A DNA stretch of 63,988 bases, the filler included, from Octopus bimaculoides (Eukaryota), in assembly GCF_001194135.2 (NCBI RefSeq). It is 7 parts of 6 records of this genome, joined end to end, with 100 filler letters (N's around TTAATTAATTAA, not from the genome) between each part and the next. Parts side by side here need not be neighbours in the genome. Positions count along the whole stretch, not along the records: positions 61,620 to 63,988 come from NC_068991.1; 6 more parts are not named here. One strand, 5' to 3'. Every line of letters starts with the position of its first letter. The first letter of the stretch is position 1. The notes under the pieces were generated by a model, which saw only the letters and a list, made by a program, of their open reading frames with translations, was not told the origin of the DNA and searched no databases. Shown here piece after piece: positions 63,052-63,988 of the stretch. A program made the translations under genes and the position numbers.

Positions 63052-63819
63052 CAAATTCCGTACATACACGTACATACATCTTTAATGCATGAAACACGTA
63101 TAATATTCAGCATTGAGTAATGAACATTGCAGATAACAGAAAAACATTTATACCTAAACAACAGCTACACATTGCAAACAAAAAAAAATAAAAAATAAAA
63201 AAGAGACACAACGATATTGACGAAACAGATGAAGGGAAATGAGTTTTGTGTTTTATTTTTCTCTTTGGATGCAAAGTTAAAAATAGTGGGTTACAGCGAC
63301 CAGCTACTAGTGCGTTCGACTTCCTTGCGTTAATCAGCTAATCCACCCTGAAATCACACACCTGACCTTATTCAAAATCTGGAAACCTTGGATAGTTAAG
63401 TCTTAGAAATAAGTGGTGATCACGCTAGGAGTGCATTTTCATTGAGTCTGCTCACTCAACGTAGAAATGCAGGCCAATAACGTTTAGATTTATTTCATAA
63501 TTCTCACAATTATTATACATTGCTATAGGTAAAATGACAATATTATGCAATTGCCCCTTTAGGGAATTATGTGTAATAAATACAGGTATTCCTAGAGCGT
63601 TATATCAAAAGGTACACACGAAATGAAATGTTATTTGGTAGATGGCTTTTTTTTTTTAACAAACAGAAGCAAGCAGCTGCAAGCATAAAAGAGGAAGAAA
63701 GAGATTTAATGTTTATGTAAGAATGAATGTTTGTATATAATGTGTGTGTGCGTCTGTGTGTGTGCGTCTGTGTGTGTGGGAGTATGTATGCATATGTATA
63801 TATATATATGTATGTATAG

Positions 63820-63861
<42 letters not shown>

Positions 63862-63988
63862 CGTCTATATATATATATGTATGTACATGTATGCATATAT
63901 ATAGATAGATAAATATATACTTATATATATATATGTGTGTGTATATGTATGTATATATATGTACGTATACATATATATATATATATAT
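61674..63988. repeat. Multiple (TA)/(TATG)/(CA) simple-sequence tracts
   Basis: Direct sequence. Confidence 0.85.

Overview
AT-rich eukaryotic genomic DNA with very dense di-, tri- and tetranucleotide microsatellites and many assembly gaps. The SINE families and repeat landscape suggest a coleoid cephalopod, probably Octopus (inference, not shown by the sequence). I recognise no intact host protein-coding gene, rRNA, tRNA or CRISPR array; most long ORFs in the track come from microsatellites or N-runs. The window is mostly decayed mobile elements: R4/Dong-like and HERO-like RLE non-LTR retrotransposons, RTE and CR1-type LINEs, Penelope-like elements, Tc1 and mariner transposons, a Merlin fragment, a Helitron Rep/helicase relic, a Gypsy-type LTR with PBS, and three tRNA-derived SINE families. 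There are three weak candidate host exons (6498-6563, 7678 onward, 58385-58484). The most interesting signal is in the 3' UTR of the HERO-like element (4994-5040): the hammerhead ribozyme core segments (GUC, GAAA, CUGAUGA) sit in exact register with stems I and III but in a non-circularly permuted order, and canonical stem II is missing. Other highlights are TAA-repeat targeting by Dong-like elements, a LINE/SINE shared 3' tail, a mariner made of two 3' ends, a ~145-bp-arm foldback, and a long-range inverted match covering a candidate splice donor. All assignments are by eye; coordinates of decayed elements are approximate.
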